Part shown: piece after piece, positions 1 through 8,240 of the stretch
Layout: every line of letters begins with the position of its first letter
Numbering within the stretch: the stretch's first letter is position 1
IMG/VR virus record: IMGVR_UViG_3300025576_000001
Location: 12,217-76,216 of that record
DNA length: 64,000 nucleotides
Reading direction: 5' to 3' (one strand)
DNA from: a virus
Made by a program: the position numbers and the translations under genes
The notes under the pieces: model-generated
Seen by the model: the letters and a program-made list of their open reading frames with translations, nothing else
Database searches by the model: none
Told to the model about the DNA's origin: nothing

Positions 1-1
1 G

Positions 2-259
2 CTCCCGATCTGCCAGGGCGGCGGAATGCGGATCACCTGTGAGGACCCGTCTCAGATGGGCGGCTGGAACGACGCCGGGATCATGCTTCCGCCCACGGAC
101 GCGAGCCCATCGCCGATGATGCCAGCACTCTGGTATTGCCTGTACGGGTTGCGATGCCCGGCGTGTTGGAACGCAGGGACGGGGGCTTACTCCATCCCAG
201 CGGCCATCATCTGCGACGCCTCGACGGGTGGCGTTCCGGCGTGCGCGCCGTGCGACTGA
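2..259 (+). CDS. 5'-truncated Cys-rich hypothetical protein
   Basis: Frame is open from the window start to TGA at 257-259; Cys-rich (CPACW, CAPCD). Confidence 0.5.
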   Translation, partial: LPICQGGGMRITCEDPSQMGGWNDAGIMLPPTDASPSPMMPALWYCLYGLRCPACWNAGTGAYSIPAAIICDASTGGVPACAPCD

Positions 260-460
260 GGACGCCATGACGAAAGGTGCGAGCGGAATGCTTGGCGCGG
301 AAGCCTGCCGGCGTCGAGCTTGTCGTGTTGTGGAAAGACGACGGCTTACGCGGTCGTGCCCTAGCCGCCCACCGCGCGCACGTGCATCCTGACGGGACGG
401 TTGTTCTCCCTGACTGCGCCGTGATGACGAAGCTCTACTGATTGGTGTACACTAGCCGCC

Positions 461-928
461 ATGGGAAACGCCTCCGTCCAGTTCGCCAAGAGCCAGCAGC
501 AGAAGAAGCAAGACCAGCACGACGACAAGCCCCGCTGGAACGCGCAAGAGAAACTCGCGCTGAAGAAGATGCGCCGGGAAGCCAAGGCCGCAGGCGCGAC
601 GCTGGAGAACAACGGAGAGGGTGGATTGCGCCCCAGCCTCGTTCTTGGAGTGTTCAGGCGCGACAAGTGGAGCTGCCGAAACGAAGACTGTCCCGCGCCG
701 AAGAAGAACATCACGATCGATCACATCAGTGGGCACCCAGATGAGATCGCCGCCAACCCGAAGGCGCGACGACGGAAGGACTTGAAGCGCGGGATCGCCT
801 TGGGGCACGTGAACGAGATGGACGCGCTTCACACGCTATGCGCTCGATGCCACGACGCGGTCCATGGGCGGGAGCGAGAAATCGACTCAGGCAAGAAGCC
901 CGAACCGATGCCGGGCGAAAAGCGATGA
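461..928 (+). CDS. HNH endonuclease
   Basis: RDKWSC..C..ITIDHI...N..D.LHTLCARCHD matches the HNH/McrA-like pattern; ATGA overlap with the next gene. Confidence 0.85.
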   Translation: MGNASVQFAKSQQQKKQDQHDDKPRWNAQEKLALKKMRREAKAAGATLENNGEGGLRPSLVLGVFRRDKWSCRNEDCPAPKKNITIDHISGHPDEIAANPKARRRKDLKRGIALGHVNEMDALHTLCARCHDAVHGREREIDSGKKPEPMPGEKR

Positions 929-1068
929 TCCGCGAGGTCAGCAAGGGCCGCTTCCAACTCTGGACCTCCGATGGCAAGCGTCCACTCGGCAAGGTCGGAA
1001 GCAAGAAGAACGCCGAGGCCCAGGAGCGAGCCATCAAGGCGCGGCAGGCGGCCAGCAAGGGGCGGTAG
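925..1068 (+). CDS. small basic phage protein
   Basis: ATG at 925 overlaps the HNH stop; MIREVSKGRFQLWTSDGKRPLG... Confidence 0.65.
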   Translation: MIREVSKGRFQLWTSDGKRPLGKVGSKKNAEAQERAIKARQAASKGR

Positions 1069-1071
1069 CCC

Positions 1072-2010
1072 GTGGCCGAGTCGCTGTATCAGGAAGTAGT
1101 CAGCGCGCACCGCCGCACGCTCGACCGCCTCATCGACCGCGGCTCAGTCGAGCGCCTGCGAGCTGTCTACATGAAAGCCACCGCAGAAGTCCTGGCGAAG
1201 CTCGAACGATTGGGGAAAGGTTCAACCAGTTTTTCTCACCATCACCTTCAGATGGCGCTGGCCCAATTGAAAGCCGGGCAACTCTATGTGGACGACCAGA
1301 TGATCGGCGAACTGAACTCAGCCACCCGCGAGGCCCAAGTTGAATCGCTCCATATGCTCGTCAGAGATTATAAACGCCTTGAAAAGCACTTCACGGGTCA
1401 CGCGCCCGTCCTGCCAATTGAGGAGGCGGCGCGGTTCGCCGGCGTGATCGACAAGAGCCGCAGTTCGCTCCTGCGCCAGCACGCGACCAGTATCAAGCGG
1501 TACGGCGCGGCCGTCATTGACCAGACCCAGGAGGCGATGTCGGTGTCGCTGGCATCAGGCGAGACGCTGGACGGAACGATCGCCAGCGTACACAAGGTCA
1601 TCGGCGGGAACTTCTGGCGAGCCGAGATGGTGGCGCGTACGGAGTGCGCGTTCGGAGCCAACGTGGCTCACAGTGACGGCATCAAAGAGATCGCACAAGA
1701 AGACCCCGCAATCCTCCAGCAGTGGGTGGAGTTCTGTGGGCCAGACGGAAAGCCCCTCGACGCTCGCGTGGCAGTGGACAGCATCGCGATTCACGGCCAG
1801 GTGACGGACCCCGGCGGAGAGTTCACGATGCCGGAGACCGCTCCCTTTCCAGACGCCAAAGGACGAACGAAGGTTGACGACTCCTTGGTGGGCAAATCGT
1901 GGGCGGTGCCACCGTGCCGGCCCAATGGACGAGAGACCGTACTGCCATGGAAGAAGGAATGGAAGACGCCGGGCTGGCGCTACAAGAACGGCCGGCGTGT
2001 TCCCGCCTAG
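1072..2010 (+). CDS. phage minor head / head morphogenesis protein (Mu gpF, SPP1 gp7-like)
   Basis: RAEMVARTE motif, then W..., D.RV..D...HGQ and PPCRPNGR (a HPNCRC-like variant); lies upstream of scaffold and capsid genes. Confidence 0.8.
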   Translation: MAESLYQEVVSAHRRTLDRLIDRGSVERLRAVYMKATAEVLAKLERLGKGSTSFSHHHLQMALAQLKAGQLYVDDQMIGELNSATREAQVESLHMLVRDYKRLEKHFTGHAPVLPIEEAARFAGVIDKSRSSLLRQHATSIKRYGAAVIDQTQEAMSVSLASGETLDGTIASVHKVIGGNFWRAEMVARTECAFGANVAHSDGIKEIAQEDPAILQQWVEFCGPDGKPLDARVAVDSIAIHGQVTDPGGEFTMPETAPFPDAKGRTKVDDSLVGKSWAVPPCRPNGRETVLPWKKEWKTPGWRYKNGRRVPA

Positions 2011-3278
2011 CCGCGCAAGTGGTGGTAGATCCCAGCCTCCGGGTTCTCCCCGGGCTTGATGTCCTGGCGAATCTCGACCGGCGGCTCGTGAGGTCCGTCG
2101 TAGAACATCGAGTAATCCCTGAACGCTCGCCCCAGCATCTTGCGTTCGGTGGCCGGGCCGGCGTCGAGCCAGTCGGCGCCCGCCTTGAGCTTACCGGCCC
2201 GCAGCCGCAGCAGTGACTCGAAGTACTCCTCGTAGGCGGCACCCACGCGCTCGAAGTTGTTGTTGCGCTCGACCCAGGCGCGGCACGTGAACGGGTCGAT
2301 TCTGTCGGCATTGCGGGCCGCCCACACGTACTCGTCGAAGGTGTTACAGCGCCAGCCGGTGTACCCGTGAACGACCGTCTCGGTGAAGCCGCCGAAGTCA
2401 CTAGAGATCACGGGGCACCCAGACGCCATCGCTTCGAGCGCGACTGCGCCGAGCGGTTCCACGTAGCGAGTAGGCGACAGCAACGCCTTCGCGGATCGCA
2501 TGAGTTCGCGACGCACCTTCAGCGACGAGATGCCGGCGTACTTGGCGCCCTGGGGCCACTCGGCCACGAACGGGGAAGCATCGCCGCGGCCCGTGAGGAT
2601 GATGGGCGTCTGGAGTTCCCGCGCGACCTGCACGGCGATGCGGACCCCCTTGGGCTCCAGCATGCGCGTCTGCACCAGGAAGAAGTCTTGCTTGTCCCTT
2701 GTCGGCACGACCGGGCCGAACAGGTCCAGGTTGAGCCCCAGCGGAATGACCTGCCTGTACCACTTGTCGCCGCCCCAGTTGCCCTCGAGGCCCTCGTGGA
2801 AGTGCCGCCAAGCGTTCGACAGATACACGCGGAACGGTGAGACGGCCTTCGGGTAGCCGATCCCGACCTCCACCACGATCTGCGGCAGGTCCTTGATGGC
2901 GGGCTCGTAGGGGCAGAGCGTCGCCACGATAGAGCTGTAGGGCTCGCCCCCGCGGGCCAGGACGATCTGGCGGACCTTCGCCGCGAAGTCGTTCCAGTGC
3001 TTCCCGTAGGCGTGGTCGATCGACAGGATGAACGGCTCCAGCGGCCCACGCGACCCGTACAGTACGCGCCAGACCTCCTCGCTGGCGCCGTCGACGTGCT
3101 CGACCCCGGCGGGCACCACGCTCCCAGGCATTCCGATGTGGATGACCTCGTGGCCGCGGTCCACCATCATCTTGGCGAAGTACCAGAGTTGCTCGGTGAA
3201 CGGGCAGACGTTGACCAGGTCCTCGTCGCGAGGATCGATGGTCTGTGTATGGGCGAAACCTGTTACAAAAATTCGCAT
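2007..3278 (-). CDS. glycosyltransferase family 4 (GT-B fold)
   Basis: RM..PKG...A and EPLGAVALEAMASGCPVISSDFGGFTETVVHGYTGW, the GT4 signature. Confidence 0.9.
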   Translation of the reverse strand: MRIFVTGFAHTQTIDPRDEDLVNVCPFTEQLWYFAKMMVDRGHEVIHIGMPGSVVPAGVEHVDGASEEVWRVLYGSRGPLEPFILSIDHAYGKHWNDFAAKVRQIVLARGGEPYSSIVATLCPYEPAIKDLPQIVVEVGIGYPKAVSPFRVYLSNAWRHFHEGLEGNWGGDKWYRQVIPLGLNLDLFGPVVPTRDKQDFFLVQTRMLEPKGVRIAVQVARELQTPIILTGRGDASPFVAEWPQGAKYAGISSLKVRRELMRSAKALLSPTRYVEPLGAVALEAMASGCPVISSDFGGFTETVVHGYTGWRCNTFDEYVWAARNADRIDPFTCRAWVERNNNFERVGAAYEEYFESLLRLRAGKLKAGADWLDAGPATERKMLGRAFRDYSMFYDGPHEPPVEIRQDIKPGENPEAGIYHHLRG

Positions 3279-3281
3279 GAG

Positions 3282-3473
3282 TTACCCCTTGAATCCCGGT
3301 GGCCTGCCCTGCCACGCCGGCTCGGGTGCCGGTGGCAGCGTGTCGCCGTCGTCCGGCATCGGGCAGGGCAAGACGATCATGCTGACCTTCTTCGCCCGGG
3401 CGTCGGCCTTGTCCCGATCCGACCAGACCGAATCGACGGCGTTGCAGCAGTGGACGACATAGACGGTCTTCAA
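3282..3473 (-). CDS. small hypothetical protein
   Basis: TTG start overlaps the stop of the upstream gene; fills the operon gap. Confidence 0.5.
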   Translation of the reverse strand: MKTVYVVHCCNAVDSVWSDRDKADARAKKVSMIVLPCPMPDDGDTLPPAPEPAWQGRPPGFKG

Positions 3474-4099
3474 TGCTCGGTGTCTTTCTTATAAGGATTT
3501 TCGCATCCGGCTTCCGACGCAAACGCGAAAAACTTCTTGCTGCGCGAGGGATGACGTAGCTTGCGCAGGGCCATCTCTTGGATCTGGCGAATCCTCTCCG
3601 GGCTCTTACCTAGTGATACGCCTATTTCGTCCAATGTTTTGTCTGCATCTCCGCCAAGCCCAAACCGTTCCGTAAGGACTTCGCTCTCAATCGGACTCAA
3701 GCTCATCAGAGCCTCGCCCATTAGACCCTCTAGCTGCTTGCGTTCCATTTCAAACTGCGGACCAAGTGCATCTCGCCTGAGCGAGTCTGGAATCAGCGCT
3801 CTTATTTCCTCAGCGTCGAATGAGCGCTCTGCCATTGGCTTGTCCACGGCCAGCACCACTTCTGGAAACAGATCCTCGGGCAGAACTCGGTAGAACTTCG
3901 CCAGCAACTGCGCACTCGGGCACCATCCGCTTTTGTCTTTCTTACTGGTGGGGGTACACCTGAGATTCTCCAGACTGACGTATACGCCATACGACATCCC
4001 AACTTTCTCGGACAGTTCGATCGTGCTGAGCCCGAGCGCTTCCCGCCTTGCCTTCAGCAAGTTGTTCTGAAGCTTCACGACCATACGAATCGCTTTCAT
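3470..4099 (-). CDS. XRE-type HTH fused to RpoD-like sigma-70 region 4
   Basis: N-term LKARREALGLSTIELSEKVG..Y..LE; C-term LSPIESEVLTERFGL...TLDEIG..LG.S.ERIRQIQ..ALRKLRHPSRS; no region 2 visible. Confidence 0.85.
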   Translation of the reverse strand: MKAIRMVVKLQNNLLKARREALGLSTIELSEKVGMSYGVYVSLENLRCTPTSKKDKSGWCPSAQLLAKFYRVLPEDLFPEVVLAVDKPMAERSFDAEEIRALIPDSLRRDALGPQFEMERKQLEGLMGEALMSLSPIESEVLTERFGLGGDADKTLDEIGVSLGKSPERIRQIQEMALRKLRHPSRSKKFFAFASEAGCENPYKKDTEH

Positions 4100-4148
4100 C
4101 GGGTTTTCGGGGCGGAAACCCCGTCCTTTAGGGCGGGGAGGAAGTCAA
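4100..4148 (+). mobile_element. 49-bp IS200/IS605 solo-hairpin remnant (LE/RE hybrid, PATE-like)
   Basis: TCAT|CGGGTTTTCGGGGCGGAAACCCCGTCCTTTAGGGCGGGGAGGAAGTCAA; shares the CCTTTAGG hairpin and GAGGA.GTCAA end with the tnpB element's right end; removing it restores an ATGA gene overlap. Confidence 0.8.
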
Positions 4149-4849
4149 GGTAGGCACACGATGTCGTATTCCCGCTTGCCGTCGTAGGGGTTGAACGGAA
4201 CCCCCGTGCGGATGTCATGGCAGCGCGGGTACTCCAGCCAGCACAGTTCCCGGTGTAGCCCCGCGATGGATGAGCCCGCGGCCTCCAGGGCGGCGCCGTT
4301 GACCTCGATGACCATGATGGGCCGGAACCGCAGGATCGTCATGCGGGCGCCCCGCAGTGCCCGAACCTCGTGCCCCTCGACGTCCCACTTGATGAGCGCG
4401 GGCGAAATCCCCAGGCGATCCAGCGGCAGCACCATGATCGGGACGTTGCCACCGGCCTTGATGCGGCTCGCTCCCACGTTGGGGTCTCGGGCGATTTCCG
4501 CAGTGCCTATGTGGTCGGAGAGTCCGGTCTGGTAGAGCTTCACGCTGGGCAGCTCCCCGCAATTGTGCTGGAGGCACGCGAACGACTCGGGCTGCGGCTC
4601 GAACGCATGGACAACGCCGGCCTTGGTGGCGTAGGCGGCCGTGTGGTCGCCGAGACTCGCGCCCGCATCGACCACCACGCCGCCCTCGGGCATCAGGTCC
4701 ATCACGAGCGGGATGAGACCGCACATGTCGGCGTCGAGTCGGTGTTCCTGCTCGATCCACCGGCTCAGGTGCGTGTCTTCCTTCAGGACGGCGATCTGTT
4801 GCTCGCCTTCGAGGCCGGGGATTGTGCCGGTGGTGTGGATGATGGTCAC
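4145..4849 (-). CDS. FkbM-family SAM-dependent methyltransferase
   Basis: VVDAGASLGDH, VHAFEP, LIKWDVEGHE..AL.GA..TI..FRP.MVIE. Confidence 0.9.
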   Translation of the reverse strand: MTIIHTTGTIPGLEGEQQIAVLKEDTHLSRWIEQEHRLDADMCGLIPLVMDLMPEGGVVVDAGASLGDHTAAYATKAGVVHAFEPQPESFACLQHNCGELPSVKLYQTGLSDHIGTAEIARDPNVGASRIKAGGNVPIMVLPLDRLGISPALIKWDVEGHEVRALRGARMTILRFRPIMVIEVNGAALEAAGSSIAGLHRELCWLEYPRCHDIRTGVPFNPYDGKREYDIVCLP

Positions 4850-5064
4850 GGAGACTTCCCCGCCGCGTCCCGCTCGGTCAGCATCTTCTCCAGCAGCAGC
4901 GCGGTCCCCGCGTGAATCAGCGATCCCTGGGCGGCACGCTCTATCGAGTGCCGGCAGAGAGGCTTCAGGTGCCGGGCCGCTTGGCAGATGCCCTGATCGT
5001 CGATGATGGCCTTGAGCCTCGCCTGGTGCTCGGGCTTGAGCGCGACCGTGTTTTTCTGCTTCAT
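4846..5064 (-). CDS. small putative DNA-binding protein leading the antisense operon
   Basis: ATG at 5064; stop overlaps the FkbM start; helical and basic. Confidence 0.55.
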   Translation of the reverse strand: MKQKNTVALKPEHQARLKAIIDDQGICQAARHLKPLCRHSIERAAQGSLIHAGTALLLEKMLTERDAAGKSP

Positions 5065-5105
5065 GCCCGCCACGGTATCACAATCCGCAGCCAATAGACA
5101 ACATG

Positions 5106-5126
5106 CAACAAACACCATGTTTGTTG
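5106..5126. promoter_or_regulatory. putative operator in the divergent promoter region
   Basis: Perfect inverted repeat CAACAAACA-CCA-TGTTTGTTG in an AT-richer gap between divergent operons. Confidence 0.5.
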
Positions 5127-5206
5127 GTGGCTGAAATCGTGAGGTAGCTTACTCGTGATACGCTGCCAGTCTGACCAAGTTGTGTTACCCGTAAAGGTAC
5201 ACGACC

Positions 5207-5755
5207 ATGGCCAGCCAAGTAGATCCGAAGAAACTCCAGGACCTATTGAAAAACTCCCAGACGTCGGTGCCCGAGCCCGACGACGAGGAGGACGAGCCGG
5301 GAGGCACGACGGACGAAGCGGCTGGCGGCGACGAGGAAGAGACCGACGACGAGGAGCCCGAAAAGGAAGAGGCCACCGTCGAGTCGATCGCCGAGGACCT
5401 GAAGCCCGCCGTCGCGACCATCAACGAGATCATCGACGAGTTCCGCACCGGCACCGACGCGCAGCCCAAGGCGGGTGTCGAGCAGCTCGAAGAGGAACTG
5501 GACGCCGAGACGATTCACGACTTCTGCGCCTGGACCGACGAGGCCGGCAAGAAGGACTTCCGGGCGTTGGGCGAGCAGCTCGACCTCGAAGACGTCGACG
5601 GTTTCGTGGGCTGGTGCCGCGCAGTTCGCAAGATGGAAGAGGAAGGCACCGGCGAAGGTGGAGGCGACGAGGAAGAGGTCGAGACGGAGCCCGGGGGTGA
5701 CGAAGGTGGTGGCGGAGACGAGAACGAAGCCGTCGAGACACCCGAGGACGAGTGA
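5207..5755 (+). CDS. highly acidic protein in the head module
   Basis: About one third Asp/Glu by hand count; GC3-rich codons; coupled to the next ORF. Confidence 0.75.
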   Translation: MASQVDPKKLQDLLKNSQTSVPEPDDEEDEPGGTTDEAAGGDEEETDDEEPEKEEATVESIAEDLKPAVATINEIIDEFRTGTDAQPKAGVEQLEEELDAETIHDFCAWTDEAGKKDFRALGEQLDLEDVDGFVGWCRAVRKMEEEGTGEGGGDEEEVETEPGGDEGGGGDENEAVETPEDE

Positions 5756-6006
5756 TGCCAGGCAACCTCAAGCGCCCCCAGGCCGAGCCCGCCATCGGGA
5801 CCGTCAACACGGATTTGTCGCGGACCCAGGCGCCCGCCGATCCGCGATTCGTTCGCGACGACGAAGCGCTGCCGCCACCGGACGCCACGGGGCTCTCGGC
5901 CAGCGGTGGCAAGGTCGTGGCCAAGACGCCATCGCTCCCGAGCGACCTCGCGGGATACCCGAGAAACAAGCCGGCGTTCGTCGCGACGCCGAGAAAGCGC
6001 ACCTGA
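5755..6006 (+). CDS. small Pro-rich hypothetical protein
   Basis: TGATG overlap with the upstream stop. Confidence 0.6.
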   Translation: MPGNLKRPQAEPAIGTVNTDLSRTQAPADPRFVRDDEALPPPDATGLSASGGKVVAKTPSLPSDLAGYPRNKPAFVATPRKRT

Positions 6007-6007
6007 G

Positions 6008-6226
6008 ATGAGCACGCAAGCCATGTCCCCGGGCCGGCGCAAGGCGCTCGCGCTTTCGGGATCGAAGATTCGCCCGGACGTTCAGTACGCGGCACCCGAC
6101 GGCCATCCGATGGGACCGGGCGTGCCGGTGCAACTGGCCACCAAAGTCGAAAAACCTTTGCTCGAAACCGGGAGCACCAAAGCCCCCGCGGCCGAGCGTC
6201 GTTTGCCGTTCGCGGCGCGAAAGTAA
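6008..6226 (+). CDS. small hypothetical protein
   Basis: ATG 1 nt after the upstream stop; MSTQAMSPGRRKAL... Confidence 0.6.
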   Translation: MSTQAMSPGRRKALALSGSKIRPDVQYAAPDGHPMGPGVPVQLATKVEKPLLETGSTKAPAAERRLPFAARK

Positions 6227-6243
6227 CCACCGAGGAGAACCCC

Positions 6244-6396
6244 ATGTCCGAGATCAAAGACCCCGTGAAAGAGTACGACGCCCAGCACGGCACCCCCAAG
6301 GGCGAGACGCCGTTGGAGCCCGACACGGCTTCGACCGCGATGCCGACCAACGAAAAACCGTTCCCGTTCAAGTCCACGTCCGGCGGCGCTTCGTAG
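6244..6396 (+). CDS. small hypothetical protein (50 aa, absent from the ORF track)
   Basis: GAGGAG RBS; MSEIKDPVKEYDAQHG...PFPFKSTSGGAS. Confidence 0.65.
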   Translation: MSEIKDPVKEYDAQHGTPKGETPLEPDTASTAMPTNEKPFPFKSTSGGAS

Positions 6397-6436
6397 TCGC
6401 GGGCTGGAACCATCACACCCTTCAGGAGAAGAACCA

Positions 6437-7138
6437 ATGTCCAGCACCGTCACGAAAGTCAACACCGTCCGCGACAACCTGAACAGCAATAAGCTCGGCG
6501 TCCAGGCCGATGGGATCGCCAAGGCCCCGCTGGGTGACATCCTGTCGATCCTGCTCAACACCCGCAACCCCAGCGTGACGGTGTCGGGCACGACCGTCGG
6601 CAGCGCCGTCGCGCCGTCGTCCGTCGCGGTCTCGGCCGCCACGGCAGTCTCGCCCGCGTCCGCCGCATATGCGTCGCCCGACCAGACGACCCTGGCGAAC
6701 CTGGCGAACGCCCTGCGGACAGATCTGAACCTGGCCGTGACCGACATCGCCAATATCGGCACGCTGCTGAATCAGGCGCGAGCCGACATCCTGAATCTGC
6801 GGTCGGCCCTCGCGGCTGTCACGACCGGCGGGGTCATCGGCGGCGCGACCGAGACCGGCAAGTCCGTCACGTCCAGTACGGGCGTCTGCGCGGCACTCAG
6901 CCAGGCCCCGACGACCAACGGCCTCATCACCGTCAACGCCACCGCGGGCACCAGCACGGGCGTCAAGACGATCATGACCGACCCGACCCGTCTGCCGAAC
7001 CCCGGCGAAGTCTACTGGGACGGCGGCGTGAACCTGACGTTCAACATCGCCGATGCCGTCACGTCCTGCGACGTGATCTACAGCAAGAGCGACCTGTCCC
7101 AGTCGGCCTCTTGCCTGATGCGCTCGATGCCCGAGTAG
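6437..7138 (+). CDS. putative virion structural / head decoration protein
   Basis: AGGAG RBS; Thr/Ala/Ser-rich; upstream of scaffold and capsid. Confidence 0.6.
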   Translation: MSSTVTKVNTVRDNLNSNKLGVQADGIAKAPLGDILSILLNTRNPSVTVSGTTVGSAVAPSSVAVSAATAVSPASAAYASPDQTTLANLANALRTDLNLAVTDIANIGTLLNQARADILNLRSALAAVTTGGVIGGATETGKSVTSSTGVCAALSQAPTTNGLITVNATAGTSTGVKTIMTDPTRLPNPGEVYWDGGVNLTFNIADAVTSCDVIYSKSDLSQSASCLMRSMPE

Positions 7139-7336
7139 TCCCCGAACCACCTTCAACAATGAGTTTTCTTCGCGCGACATACGCCATCCCCGGATCCACC
7201 GGGGGCGTCTCTGCCGCGCACAACGTGACTCGATACCCCGCGAGCAGCCGCCCGTTGAAGTCGTCACTCGTGACGACGGCGACGATACAGCCGGATGACC
7301 GCGACGTAGACGAGTAGCCCCGACGAGGAGCGAGTC

Positions 7337-8185
7337 ATGGCAACCGAACCAGTAGCAGCAAACCAACCAGCGAACCCACCCGACCCAGCAGCAGCCCCGC
7401 CCGGGGCACCAGCGGCAGCGGCCCCAGCGCCCGCGCAGCCGGCCCAGCAAGGCAAGAACGTCATCCTCCCGAGCCGCGCCTTCACCGAGCGATTGAAGAA
7501 GGCGGAGGAAAAGGGCAGGACGGCGTATCAGGCCGAGCTGGACAAGCAGGCGCAGGAGCGAGGCTTCGCCAACCATGCGGCCATGCTCCAGCACCTGGAC
7601 GCACAGCGAACGACCCGAACGGCACCACGTCCGGCGGCCCCGGCCGCACCGGCGGCAGGTGATCCACCGGCCCCGCCCAAGAATCGCAATGACCGTCAGG
7701 CCATGGCGAAGTACGAGCAGGACAAGGCCAAGTGGAAGCGCGAGCAAGACCGGAAGGACGCCGAGATCCGCGAACAGAAGCGGCTGCGGCGCAAGGCAGA
7801 GAACCGGGCCAACGCCATTGAGGTGAAGGCCACCCTGGAACGCATCGCCCACGGCGTCGGGATCAAGGACACGGATTACGCCGTGACCTTGTTCACGCGC
7901 GCCCACGAAGGCAAGACCGAAGACGAACTGAAGGGGCTCGACGAAGAGGCATTCTTCAAGGGTCTGCGGACACAGCATCCGTATCTGTTCGGCGAAGTCA
8001 CTGTACCGGCCACCACGGGAACGACCGGACCCGTGCCAGGATCGCATGCGGCACCACGACCAGGCGCCACGGCGGCAGCGGCAGGAGCAGCGGGCAAAGT
8101 CGACGTCAGGGAGATGACGAAGCCGGAGTTCGAGGCGTACAAGCGCGCCAGGGGGATCCGAACCGCATCGACCGGGCTGGGGTAA
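7337..8185 (+). CDS. capsid scaffolding protein
   Basis: Pro/Ala-rich linkers, charged coiled coil, HPYLF motif, C-term MTKPEFEAYKRARG; directly upstream of the capsid gene. Confidence 0.75.
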   Translation: MATEPVAANQPANPPDPAAAPPGAPAAAAPAPAQPAQQGKNVILPSRAFTERLKKAEEKGRTAYQAELDKQAQERGFANHAAMLQHLDAQRTTRTAPRPAAPAAPAAGDPPAPPKNRNDRQAMAKYEQDKAKWKREQDRKDAEIREQKRLRRKAENRANAIEVKATLERIAHGVGIKDTDYAVTLFTRAHEGKTEDELKGLDEEAFFKGLRTQHPYLFGEVTVPATTGTTGPVPGSHAAPRPGATAAAAGAAGKVDVREMTKPEFEAYKRARGIRTASTGLG

Positions 8186-8240
8186 CGAGGGGCACGGGGG
8201 CTGACAGGCATCACCACAACCGAGAGAGAAAGAGGAAACC

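Noticed and set aside
3470-4148. RNA-guided transcription system (sigma factor plus TnpB-derived guide)
   Set aside because: The 49-bp remnant is too short for an omegaRNA scaffold, no nuclease-dead TnpB is adjacent, and insertion at TCAT explains the adjacency.
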